In this document: piece after piece, positions 1-12,122 of the stretch | How the letters are laid out: each line of letters starts with the position of its first letter | How positions within the stretch are numbered: position 1 is the first letter of the stretch | NCBI RefSeq assembly: GCF_006345805.1 | Contig: NC_043025.1 | Coordinates: 8,370,001 to 8,434,000, forward strand | Direction: 5' to 3' | DNA: 64,000 bases | DNA from: Octopus sinensis | Lineage: Eukaryota | Made by a program: the position numbers and the translations under genes | The notes under the pieces: generated by a model | Seen by the model: only the letters and a program-made list of their open reading frames with translations | What the model was told of the DNA's origin: nothing | The model's database searches: none

Positions 1-620
1 CCGACTGGCCTCCGTGCTGGTGGCACGTAGAAGAACCATCCGAACATGGCCGTTTCCAGCGCTGCCTCGACTGGCCTCCGTGCTGGTGGCACGTAGAAGA
101 ACCATCCGAACGTGGCCGTTTCCAGCGCTGCCTCGATTGGCCTCCGTGCTGGTGGCACGTAGAAGAACCATCCGAACGTGGCCGTTTTCAGCGCTGCCCC
201 GACTGGCCTCCGTGCTGGTGGCACGTAAAAAGCACCCACTACACTCACGGAGTGGTTGGCGTTAGGAAGGGCATCCAGCTGTAGAAACACTGCCAGATAA
301 GACTGGAGCCTGGTGCAGCCTTCTGGCTTTCCAGATCCCCGGTCGAACCGTCCAACCCATGCTAGCATGGAAAACGTCCATGTAGGTGACATGTAAAAGC
401 ACCAACCGATCATGGCCGTTGCCAGCCTCCTCTGGCCCCAGTGCTGGTGGCACGTAAAAAGCACCCACTACATTCACGGAGTGGTTGGCGTTAGGAAGGG
501 CATCCAGCTGTAGAAACCGACTGGAGCCTGGTGCAGCCTCCTGGCTTCCCAGACCCCAGTCAAACCATCCAACCCATGCTAGCATGGAGAACAGACGTTG
601 AACGATGATGATGGTGATGA
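1..620 (+). mobile_element. RTE 3'UTR/tail fragments with four ~59-bp repeats; further copies at about 3510-3790, 7165-7720, 27118-27567, 27950-28540, 29440-29730, 33855-34140, 37380-37815, 38290-38830, 53215-53600
   Basis: Same sequence as the 3'UTR attached to the RTE ORF2 remnants at 21022 and 43838. Confidence 0.85.
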
Positions 621-934
621 TGTATGTATATGAGAGATAGAGAGAGAGAGAGGCTGGCATCTTGGGGTGTTGCTGGAACAGTTGATAATGGAGCTGTCTT
701 GTAGTTGGCCCCTTTCATGTATATCCAAAGATGAACAAATAAGAGAATGTAGCATTCAACATATTTAGTTGGGGTTACATGCATTTAACAACAATACTTG
801 TATGCACAAGTTCTGTGCATATGGAACACATCCGTATCATCCGACAGAGCAGAAAAAATTTTAATGTAATTTAAAATATCTCTTAGGTGAGAGTATTTAG
901 GCCTCCATGGATCAGTTCAGGTCATGTAGTTGTC

Positions 935-1291
935 TTAGTTAGTTAGTTAATTTTTTGGCTCAAAAAGCAAAAAAGCAAGGCCATGTAGGGGGACATGGAG
1001 TTATGTACAGGGTGGTGTTCATGTAAAGAGTTCAGGCCATTTCTGGTCAAGGGAGACTTTGAACCGAGCGGTCGTCGGCATCTTCACTATCTCGTCCGGC
1101 AGCTTATTCCACGGAACCGCAACCCGGACGGAGAAAGCCCCTCTCCTTCGATTGAGATGAAATCGTCGTAGATAGAGCTTTTCGGAGTGACCCCTCAGCC
1201 GACGCTCTGGAGCAGGAGTGAAGAACAGCTCCTTCGAGAGGTTACACTTTCTGCTTATGATGTTGTGAGCAAGAATGAGATCACCACGGCG
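935..1291 (-). mobile_element. CR1/L2-clade LINE 3' fragment, same family as 5892-6357
   Basis: Reverse complement matches about 6005-6357, including the tail. Confidence 0.88.
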
Positions 1292-1383
1292 TCATAGCCA
1301 TCATAGCCTCATCAATAATAAGACATCAACATTACTTAATCCATTATTTTTCAGGGTGTGACAATTCAGCAGTATTAACCCTT

Positions 1384-2046
1384 TGGATCTTTTCCTTTTG
1401 ATAGCCAGATTTCAATACAATTTCTAGTTAACTAAACACTTTAAAACTTCATATACTGGTAGAATGTGTTTATAAAACATCATTTTTTCTTGGTTTTATT
1501 GAGAAAATTCTATGGTTTGTAAGATATTTCGTCTGAAAATCTGAGCATTTTGGCAATTTTAACCAATCGATTACCTCCATTTAGGTAAACACCATTTGCT
1601 GCGTCTAAAACTGAGACAACATCCTGTAACTAACCCTAAACCTCCCCCTAACCCTAACGGAAAGTTTGTGTATAAAATTATAGAATTATTTTGATTGTTA
1701 ATTGTTTAAATCACTTTCCATTGCTATCGGGTTTTTTTACACGCGTAACAATTAAATTAATTTAACAATTAAGAAAAAAAAAATTAGGGTTAGGGTTAGT
1801 TACAGGATGTTATCTCAGTTTTAGACGCAGCAAATGGTGTTTACCTAAATGGAGGTAATTGATTGGTTAAAATTGCCGAAATGCTCGGATTTTCAGACGA
1901 AATATCTTACAAACTATAGAATTTTCTCAATAAAGCCAAGAAAAAAATGATGTTTTATAAACACATTCTACCAGTATACGAAGTTTAAAAGTGTTTAGTT
2001 AACTAGAAATTGTGTTGACATCTGGCCTTCAAAAGGAAAAGATCCA
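1384..2046. mobile_element. Foldback MITE with ~260-bp TIRs and telomere-like CCCTAA/TTAGGG at the inner ends; related fragments at 10690-11050 and 36530-36685
   Basis: 1384-1645 is the near reverse complement of 1785-2046, with scattered mismatches. Confidence 0.82.
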
Positions 2047-2609
2047 ACCCTTTACAAAATATCCGACACACAGTGGGGCAAACAAGATGTTGACATCAGT
2101 TAGTTGTCATTTTGTAGTGTGTGGTATTTCAGGGACAACAGTTATCAGAAGGGGGCGTAACCAATTTCTCGCTAGATTGTGTATGTGTATAAAGCAGTAA
2201 GCTAGCAGAATCGTTAGCACACCGGGCGAAATACTTACCAGTATTTCGGCTGCTGCTACGTTCTGAGTTCAAATTCCACTGAGGTCGATTTTGCCTTTCA
2301 TCCTTTTGGGGTTGATTAAATAAGTACCAGTTTCGCACTGGGGTCAATATAATCAACTTAATCCGTTTGTCCTTGTTTGTCCTCTCTGTGTTTAGCCCCT
2401 TGTGGGTAGTAAAGAAATAGGTATTTCGTCTGCTGCTATGTTCTGAGTTCAAATTCCACCGAGGTTGACTTTGCCTTTCATCCTTTTGGGGTTGATTAAA
2501 TAAGTACCAGTTAGGCACTGGGGTCGATATAATCGACTTAATCCGTTTGTCTATCCTTGTTTGTCCCCTCTATGTTTAGCCCCTTGTGGGCAATAAAGAA
2601 ATAAGATTG

Positions 2610-3435
2610 TATATGTTTGCATGACCAACATGATGGATAGTAAGGCTGGAACCTCTTTGGGCAGCAAGTATTTATATACTCTGCATTGCACATAAGTCAA
2701 CCAGGCTTTAAGGTGGAATATCTGCATTGTCAGTGGCCAACAGTTTGAATTCATTAACAAGAAAAGTCTCCAGCGGCAACAATATCATAGTTACGGTGGA
2801 GTATATGAAATTTTTCGCAGAAGTACAGAGTTGACAATTTTGAGTGTTGTAGGGTCCTCTCAAGAATGCCCCATAAAATATTGGGGAAGTTGTTTCAATG
2901 GTCCTGGAGTTTCTAGATGAAGTGGGACGATGTTTCCATATACCTCAAGGACTGCATGGGTCATTGGTATGACATACTTGTGTAGTATATCATTGGATGG
3001 TTTGACGGTGGCTCTATAGACCATAGCCCTTGAGAGGCAGGGTGCTCCCATTGAACAATTGGTGGGATTTCAGTAGTCACAGGATAGAGGGAATGGATAC
3101 ATATTTGTGTTGGTTGTCACACATAACGTTGGAAGCGATATTATCTAAGCATGAGCAACTAACCTTGACATTGTGAGAGTTAAAGAGTTTATAATATCTA
3201 TGGGACATCAAGAAATATCTTGATTAATGCCAAGAAGCACGAAGCTATATTAGTGGAAACATCTAGATAGAATGGAGGATTAAATCCGATTACCTTTCTT
3301 TTTCTGTCTTAGGGTTTTGGGGATGCAGTGGGGATTCTCCACATACACTAACAAGTAGAGCCATTCCTCAATAGTGACTCAGCTCTGTTGAAGATCTCTC
3401 TGTCCACCAACAGATTGGAAAATTTTTAATCGATG
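2610..3435 (-). pseudogene. Degenerate Penelope-like retroelement: post-RT linker and GIY-YIG endonuclease region (Naiad-like motifs)
   Basis: Frameshifted minus-strand pieces VIGFNPPFYLDVSTNIASCFLALI, HRYYKLFNSHNVKVSCSCLDNIAS, CLSRAMVYRATV and NCQLCTSAKNFI. These resemble PLE motifs IWFNPPFS.NV.TNI, KIFNRNNVKVSYSCMPN, CL...VY.A.V and C.LC..EK..I. Many stops. Confidence 0.7.
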
Positions 3436-5891
3436 CCTGTGACTAGGTTTCTAAATACAACTGGGGTGGGGAGTTGGAGTATCTCTGGATTCAAAGTTTT
3501 ACCCAGAACAAATCCTGAAAGGGGATTCATGTGCCGGTGGCACATCAAAAATGTTATATCCAAATGGGATCAATGCCAGGCCCGCCTGACTGGCTCTTGT
3601 GCCGGTGGCAAATAAAAAGCATCCACTACACTCTTGGAGTGGTTAGTGTTGGGAAGGGCATCAAGCTGTAGAAACATTGCCAGTTCAGATTGGAGCCTGG
3701 TGTAGCCGCTGGCTCTTCAGACCTCAGTCAAACTGTTCAATCCATGCCAGCATGGAAAATGGTCATTAAACAATGATGATGATGATGATATATATACAGG
3801 TGATATATATACAAGGTGGCGAGCTGGCAGAAACGTTAGCACGCCGGGCGAAATGCTTAACGGTATTTCGTCTGCCGTTACGTTGTGAGTTCAAATTCCG
3901 CCGAGGTCGACTTTGCCTTTCATCCTTTCGGGGTCGATAAATTAAGTACCAGTTACACACTGGGGTCGATGTAATCGACTTAATACCTATGTATGTCCTT
4001 GTTTGTCCCCTCTATGTTTAGCCCCTTGTGGGTAATAAAGAAATAGATATATATACAGGTGACGGTGTGGCTGTGTGGTAAGAAGCTTGCTTCCTAGCAC
4101 GTGGTCCAGGGTTCAGTCCCACTGTATGGCACCTTGGGCAAGAGTCTTCAACAATAGCCTTGGACCAACCAAAGCTTTGAGTGGATTTGGTAGACAGAAA
4201 CTGCAAGAAGCCTGTCGTGTATGTATGTTCCCACCACCATCACTTGATAACCGATGGTGTGTTTATCAGCAAAAGAGACTGATAGAATAAGTACTAGGCT
4301 TACAAAGAATAAGTTCTGGGGTTGATTTCTTCAACTAAAAAAAAGCCTTTAAGGCAGTGCTCCAACCAGTTGTAAAGCAGTGATGGGGGACAAACACAGG
4401 CACTATACACACACACACACACACACCACACACACATGATGGGCTTCTTTCAGTTTCCATCCACCAAATCCACTCACAAAACTATAGGAGAAGACACTTG
4501 ATCAAGGTGCCACACAGTGGGACTGAACCTGAAACCATGTGGTTAGGAAGCAAGCTTCTTACCACATAGCGTCTCCTGCCCCTATATTAGCAACAGAAGC
4601 ATTATTAATGCTGAGAGGTAACAGTTACCCCATTTTAACCCTTTACCACTTAAACTGACCATATCCAGCCAAAATATTCTGCCTGTTTTAAGTTCAAAAT
4701 GGCCAGATCCTGCCTGTCACACCTACCCTACAATGTCAATCTAAAAATAGTCACATCATCAAGTTATAAGATAATGCATGATTAATTCCAAGCAATGTCA
4801 ATAAATAAGCATTTGGGCTCTCAATCATGAGATAGTGAGTTCGATTCCTGGACCGGGCTGTGTGTTGTGTTCTTGAGCAAGAACTGGTGATCATGTTGGT
4901 CACCAGATCATTCATCTGTAGAAATGAGTTGTGATGTCACTGGTGCCAAAGCTGTATCGGCCCCTTTGCCTCTCCCTTGGATAACATCAATGGCATTAAG
5001 AGGGGAGGATGGTATGCATGGGTGACAAACTGGCAGAAACGTTAGCACGCCAGGTGAAATACGTAGCGGTATTTCATCTGCCGTCACGTTCTGAATTCAA
5101 ATTCCGCCGAGGTCGACTTAGCCTTTCATCCTTTCGGGGTCGATTAAATAAGTACCAGTTACACACTGGGGTCGATATAATCGACTTAATCCGTGTGTCT
5201 GTCCTTGTTTGTCCCCTCTGTCTTTAGCCCCTTGTGGGTAGTAAAGAAATAGGTATTTCGCCCGTCTTTACGTTCTGAGTTCAAATTCCGCCGAGATCGA
5301 CTTTGCCTTTCATCCTTTCGGGGTTGATTGAATAAGTACCAGTTACGCACTGGGGTCGATATAATCGACTTAATCCGTGTGTCTGTCCTTGTTTGTTCTC
5401 TGTGTTTAGCCCCTTGTGGGTAGTAAAGAGATAGGTATGCATGGGTGACTGATGGTCTTCCATAAACAGCCTTTGCCTGGGCTTGTGCCTTGGAGGGAAA
5501 GTTTCTAGGTGCAATCCCATGGTCGTTAATGACCAAAGGGGGTCTTTATACCCCTTTTACATTTGACAGAATAATCTGAATGTTAAAGGGTTAAACCTAG
5601 GGGTTCTATTGGCCTTGGTGCACTCTTGTTTATATCACCTGTTCTGGCACCGTTTTTCTATGTCGCTGGCTTTGAGATGAGTTGCTGCTATCCCTAACAG
5701 GTATCCATCATTGACATGACCAAAGGATCAAAATCACATGATCTGGTGGTAGTGGGGATTTATCTCCCTGCTAGCGATATAAACAAAAGGGCATTTTGCA
5801 CCAAAAGGTAATTTGTGAATTTTTATCATCATATCAACCACAGTATAGAACATCCACGTTTAAGTGGGGATAAATATTAACTTTCAGTGTT

Positions 5892-6357
5892 CATCTCGAA
5901 AGAGTCCAGAAGCTGGCTACCCGCATGGTTCTTGGTCTCAAGCATTTGTTGTATGAAGAAAGGCTAAAGACGCTTGACCTTTATTCTCTAGAAAAACGCC
6001 GCCGCCGTGGTGATCTCATTCTTGCTCACAACATCATAAGCGGAAAGTGTAACCTCTCGAAAGAGCTGTTCTTCACTCCTGCTCCAGAGCGTCGGCTGCA
6101 GGGTCACTCCGAAAAGCTCTATCTGCGACGATTTCATCTCAATCGAAGGAGAGGGGCTTTCTCCGTCCGGGTTGCGGATCCATGGAATAAGCTGCTGGAC
6201 GAGATATTGAAGATGCCGACGACCACTCGGTTCAAAGTCTCTCTTGACCAGAAATGGCCTGAACTCTTTGCATGAACACCACCCTGTACATTACTCCATG
6301 TTCCCCTACATGGCCTTGCTTTTTGCTTTTTGAGCCAAAAAATTAACTTAACTTAAC
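5892..6357 (+). mobile_element. CR1/L2-clade LINE 3' end
   Basis: HLERVQKLATRMVLGLKHLLYEERLKTLDLYSLEKRRRRGDLI...RGAFSVRVADPWNKL is the CR1-type ORF2 C-terminus; (TTAAC)n-like tail. Confidence 0.9.
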
Positions 6358-7724
6358 AAGCAGGAGTGGCTGTGTGGTAAGTAGCTTGTTTACCAACCAC
6401 ATGGTTCCGGGTTCAGTCCCACTGCGTGGCACCTTGGGCAAGTGTCTTCTACTGTAGCCTCGGGCCGACCAAAGCCTTGTGAGTGGATTTGGTAGACGGA
6501 AACTGAAAGAAGCCCGTCGTATATATGTATATATATATATATATATGCGTGTGTGTGAGAATAAGTCCTGGGGTCGAGTTGCTCGATTAAAGGCGGTGCT
6601 CCAGCATGGCCGCAGTCAAATGACTGAAACAAGTAAAAGAGTAAAAGAGTAAGCTCACTTGCTAATCGCAGCACCAGTGCCTGTTCTAGCGCCAATTTTC
6701 TGGACATCGCTGGCGGGAACGTGAGTTGCTGCTATCTTTAGCGGTCGAGCGTCCATCTTCGATGAGACCAATGAAGGTCAAAATCACGACGATTTCGGTG
6801 CTGGATTTGGGAGGGGATTTATCTTCCTGCTAGCGACATAAGCAAGCATTCATTTTGCACCAAAAGCCAATATGAGAAGTTCTCTCGCAGTATCTACTGC
6901 AGTATGGTTTGTTCTAACAGAACATCCACTTTTGAGTGGGGGTAAATATTCTTTTCTACTCTAGGTACAAGGCATGAAATTTTTGGGGAGGGTAAGCAGT
7001 CGATTAGATTGTCCCCCAGTACACAACTGATACTTAATTTGTTGACCCTGAAAGGATGAAAGGCAAAGTTGACCTTGGCGGAATTTGAACTCAAAGCATA
7101 AAGACAGGTGAAATACTACTAAGCATTTCACCTTCTGTGCTAACATTTCTGCCAGCTTGGTGCCTTAGTCATCATCACCATCATCATCGTTTAACGTCTG
7201 CTTTCCATGCTAGCATGGGTTGGACGATTTTGACTGAGAGCTGGCAAACCAGATGGCTGCACCGGGCTCCAATCTTGATCTGGCAGAGTTTCTACGGCTG
7301 GATGCCCCTTCCTAATGCCAACCACTCTGAGGGTGTAGTGGGTGCTTTTACATGTCACCAGTACAGGGGCCAGTCAGGCGGTACTGGCAACGACCTTGCT
7401 CGAATCATTTTTACACATGCCAACGGCACAGGTGCCAGTAAGGTGATGCTGGTAATGATCACACTCGAATGGTGCCTTTTATGTGCCACTGGCACGGAAG
7501 CCAGTTGGCCGCTCTGGCAACGATCACGCTCTGATGGTGCTCTTAGCAGCCTACTAGCACGGGGCTCAAGTACCAGTAAGGCGACGCTGGTAACAATCAC
7601 ACTCGAATGGTGCCCTTTATGTGCTGCTGGCACGGAAGCCGGTTAGCCATTCTGTCAATGACCACACTTGTATGGTGCTCTTTGTACCCTACTAGCACGG
7701 ATGCCAGTCATCAAATTTGATTTA

Positions 7725-7915
7725 GTGGGGATAAATATCACCTCAAAGAGAATGATGCTCTTGTCATCCTCCATAACAGTTACCGTGATATTCTGTACCT
7801 GTTGCCGGCCCTTGGACTTCTTAGGCCTTGGCGAATAGGTATGAGTCTGTTTCATAGACGAAGCCTTCATTCTTGGGTCATAAAAATACACTTGTTTATC
7901 ATTCCATCACCAGAT
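7725..7915 (-). pseudogene. Mariner transposase catalytic-domain fragment
   Basis: VYFYDPRMKASSMKQTHTYSPRPKKSK...ITVTVMEDDKSIILFE resembles mariner VYFYDPE.K.QS.EW....SPRPKK...KVMATVFWD.KGIIL. Confidence 0.65.
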
Positions 7916-8932
7916 CAGAAAAAAAAAAATTACTACAGATTCATATATAAGAACTGGGCAACCGAAAGGTAATATTTATCCCCATTTAAACGTGGATGTT
8001 GATATTATTATTTTATTATTTTTTATTTATTATTTTACCTGTTTCAGTCATTTGACTGCAGCCATGCTGGAGCACCGCCTTTAGTCGAGCAACTTGACCC
8101 CGAGACTTATTCTTTTGTAAGCCCAGTACTTATTCTATCGGTCTCTTTTGCCGAACCGCTAAGTAACGGGGACATAAACACACCAGCATCGGTTGTCAAG
8201 CAATGCTAGGGGAACAAACACACACACAAATACACACTCGCATACATATATATACATATATACGACGGGCTTCTTTCAGTTTCCGTTTACCAAATCCACT
8301 CACAAGGCTTTGGTCGGCCTGAGGCTATAGTAGAAGGTGCCACGCAGTGGGACTGAACCCGGAACCATGTAGTTGGTAGACAAGCTACTTACCACACAGC
8401 GACTCCTGCGCCTATGATGACAAAAATTCGCAAATTACCTTTTGGTGCAAAATGCCCTTTTGTTTATATCGCTAGCGGGGAGATAAATCCCCACTACCAC
8501 CAGATCATGTGATTTCGACCTCCTTTGGTTATGTCAATGATGGATACCTGTTAGGGATAGCAGCAACTCATCTCAAAGCCAGCGACATAGAAAAACGGTG
8601 CCAGAACAGGTGATATAAACAAGAGTGCACCAAAGCCAATATGAGGGTTTCTCTCGTGGTATTTGCTGTCGTATAATTTGGCCAATAGAAACCCTAGGTT
8701 TAACCCTTTAACATTCAGATTATTCTGTCAAATATGGGCATCCAGGCCTAAACTCTTCTGTTATGGCTTGAAGTATTGTAATAAATGAAGGGGACATGGA
8801 TTGAACCTTGTTATACTCCTACCTTCACATTAAATTTGTCTTTATCCCCAATACTAACTCTCACCTTTCTGACTGCGCACCTGTGTATGGCTTGTACACC
8901 TTTCGCAAGCCTGTCTCTGATTTCCTCAGTAA

Positions 8933-9905
8933 CCTATTTCTTTATTACCCACAAGGGGCTAAACACAGAGGGAACAAACAAGGACAGACATAGGTATTAA
9001 GTCGATTATATCGACCCCAGTTCGTAACTGGTACATAATTTATCAACCCCGAAAGGATGAAAGGCAAAGTCGACCTCGGCGGAATTTGAACTCAGAACGT
9101 AACGGCAGACGAAATACCTATTTCTTTATTACCCACAAGGGGCTAAACACAGAGGGAACAAACAAGGACAGACATAGGTATTAAGTCGATTATATCGACC
9201 CCAGTTCATAACTGGTACTTAATTTATCAACCCCGGAAGGATGAAAGGCAAAGTCGACCTCGGCAGAATTTGAACTCAGAACGTAACGGCAGACGAAATA
9301 CCTATTTCTTTATTACCCACAAGGGGCTAAACACAGAGGGAACAAACAAGGACAGACATAGGTATTAAGTCGATTACATCGACCCCTAGTGCGTACCTGG
9401 TACTTAATTTATCAACCCCGAAAGGATGAAAGGCAAAGTCGACCTCGGCGGAATTCGAACTCAGAACGTAGCGGCAGACGAAATACCTATTTCTTTACTA
9501 CCCACAAGGGGCTAAACACAGAGAGGACAAACAAGGACAGACAAACGGATTAAGTGGATTACATCGACCCCAGTTCGTAACTGGTACTTAATTTATCAAC
9601 CCCGAAAGGATGAAAGGCAAAGTCGACCTCGGCGGAATTTGAACTCAGAACGTAGCGGCAGACGAAATACCTATTTCTTTACTACCCACAAGGGGCTAAA
9701 CACAGAGGGAACAAACAAGGACAGACATAGGTATTAAGTCGATTATATCGACCCCAGTTCGTAACTGGTACTTAATTTATCAACCCCGAAAGGATGAAAG
9801 GCAAAGTCGACCTCGGCGGAATTTGAACTCACAACGTAACGCAGACGAAATACCGCTTAGCATTTTGCCCGGCGTGCTAACGTTTCTGCCAGCTTGCCGC
9901 CTTTT
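8933..9905 (-). mobile_element. SINE family C: one head plus five tandem ~184-bp units; other copies at 2200-2605, 3817-4050, 5027-5433, 45400-45945, 47815-48058, 58556-58970
   Basis: Head GGCGAGCTGGCAGAAACGTTAGC, B-box-like GAGTTCAAATTCC, central GCCTTTCATCCTTTCGGGGTCGATAAATTAAGTACCAG (resembles the Meta-type SINE core, from memory); units start at 8933, 9117, 9301, 9486 and 9670. Confidence 0.88.
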
Positions 9906-10392
9906 GTTATAGCACCAGACCCACCAATGCTCACCTTTCTAACTGCACACCTGTGCATGGCTTGTACACCTTTCGCAAGCCATTTGCCTGTCTCTCACTT
10001 CCTCTGTAACCACCAGATTACAGATTACACCCTGTCAAAAGTTTTCTATAAATGCTAGTTAGGGGTGGGGAGACTTATCCCTAGGCAAAACAAAGACCTA
10101 CCCAACAAGAACAATGTATTACCTTTTTTTTATGTTCCCTTTTTATACATATTGACCTTCTTTTCCTCATTCTCTTACTCTCTCTTTTACTTGTTTCAGT
10201 CATTTGACTGCGGCCATGCTGGAGCACCGCCTTTAGTCGAGCAAATCGACCCCAGGACTTTTTCTTTGTAAGCCCAGTACTTATTCTATCGGTCTCTTTT
10301 GCCGAACCGCTAAGTGACGGGGACGTAAGCACACCAGCATCGGTTGTCAAGCAATGCTAGGTGGACAAACACAGACACACAAACATACACGC

Positions 10393-10443
<51 letters not shown>

Positions 10444-11227
10444 TATATGACAGGCTTCTTTCAGTTTCCATCTACCAAATCAACTCACAAGGCATTTGTC
10501 GGCCCGGGTCTATAGCAGAAGACACTTGCCCAAGATGCCACGCAGTGGGACTGAACCCGGAACCATGTGGTTGGTTAGCAAGCTACTTACCACACAGCCA
10601 CTCCTGCGCCTGTTCTTGCTTTCCTTAGAATACTTGTTGCTCCCTACAACTCCTTATTTCGGCTTACCCAATGAAAATATCCATAACACTTTTAATCTTC
10701 GTATACTGGTAGAATGTGTTTATAAAATATCTTTTTCTCTTGGCTTTATTGAGAAAATTCTATGGTTTGTAAGATATTTGTTGTTTTTTTTCTTCAATTT
10801 CTGCAATTTCAACCAATCAATGACGTCTATTGAGGTAAAAAAAACATTCTGTGCCGTATGAATATGTCCCTCGTTTAAGAAACAGATTGGGTTTATTTAC
10901 ATTTTTGAAGAAAAAAAGATACCCTTCCCGCACCCCTAACCCTAAAACAGATTGAAATGCAATAGATCGATACTAGGGTCATAATTATGGGTGACAATTT
11001 CATATGACACCGCTAGAAAAAACTGCCGGTCAAACCGAAAAGATCCTTGCTAGAAAACAACACTTCCCTCTCCACCCTCACTTTCCTTTTCAAGTAAAAC
11101 TTGAAAAAGGTTATGAGGGCTTGGCCAAAGAGGTAGTGTCCACCACACTACCTCTTTCGCTACAGCAACCAGACAAATAAAAATTGCCTACCCCTCCCGG
11201 CCAAAGGAGGCAGCGAGACAATCTTCA

Positions 11228-11430
11228 CTATGGATCCAACTGATAGTTGAATCTGCCCACATGCGACATCAGGTAGCACTGCCAGGCAGGGGATTTCTGG
11301 AAGTTATCCATAGCCCCCAGCCTGAAAGTCCTATGGAACAGACTGCTGAGTTGATCCTCGCTGACGCCCAGAGTTTCCTTGAGAACGTCGTCGCACTTTT
11401 CCTCCGCTAACCCTCTATAGAACACTAGAG
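11228..11430 (-). pseudogene. Possible LINE ORF1 remnant
   Basis: LVFYRGLAEEKCDDVLKETLGVSEDQLSSLFHRTFRLG loosely resembles ORF1p NLI.YG..E...LGV....I.RAHRLG; weak. Confidence 0.3.
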
Positions 11431-12122
11431 GGTAACTACCACCGACTGAATTGCCTGCCTGGCAGAGGGCTGTGAGTGCTTGATGGCATGCAACTGAAAA
11501 GATCCAGTGCTTGAGATTTGGTAGGTTGGGGGAAAGGGAAATGCTTAATTATAATTAAGCACCACCTTTAATCGAGCAACTCGACCCCAGGACTTATTAT
11601 TTTGTAAGCCCAGTACTTATTCTATCGGTCTCTTTTGCTGAACCACTAAGTAACGGGGACATAAACACACCAGCATCGGTTGTCAAACAATGCTAGAGGA
11701 CAAACACAGACACACAAATACACACACACACATATATATATATACATATATACAACGGGCTTCTTTCAGTTTCCGTCTACCAAATCCACTCACAAGGCAT
11801 TGGTCAGCCCGAAGCTATAGTAGAAGACCCTTGCCCAAGGTGCCACGCAGTGGGACTGAACCCAGAACCATGTGGTTGGTAAACAAGCTACTTACCACAC
11901 AGCCACTCCTGCGCCTGTGTCGATTATATGTCGATGCACTTAATTTAATATACTTAATTTAAAATTAATGTAACTAATTTAAAAGAAAGAAACAATTTCA
12001 TTGGTTATTTGGTATAGAGAAGGGAGGCTAGATAACAGCTAATTACAGGATGTTTATTAAAAAGTAGTTTACTAAATCAACAATAATGTATATGGAGTAC
12101 CTTCTCCAATACTCGCTGCCTC

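Noticed and set aside
1785-1800. TTAGGG repeats as a telomere or healed break
   Set aside because: Only 2-3 units, and they are part of a MITE's inverted arms.
5925-6275. 116-aa ORF as a host gene; likewise ORFs 21044-21325, 44355-44591 and 47073-47483
   Set aside because: They are LINE ORF2 C-terminal remnants with retroelement tails and are 5'-truncated.
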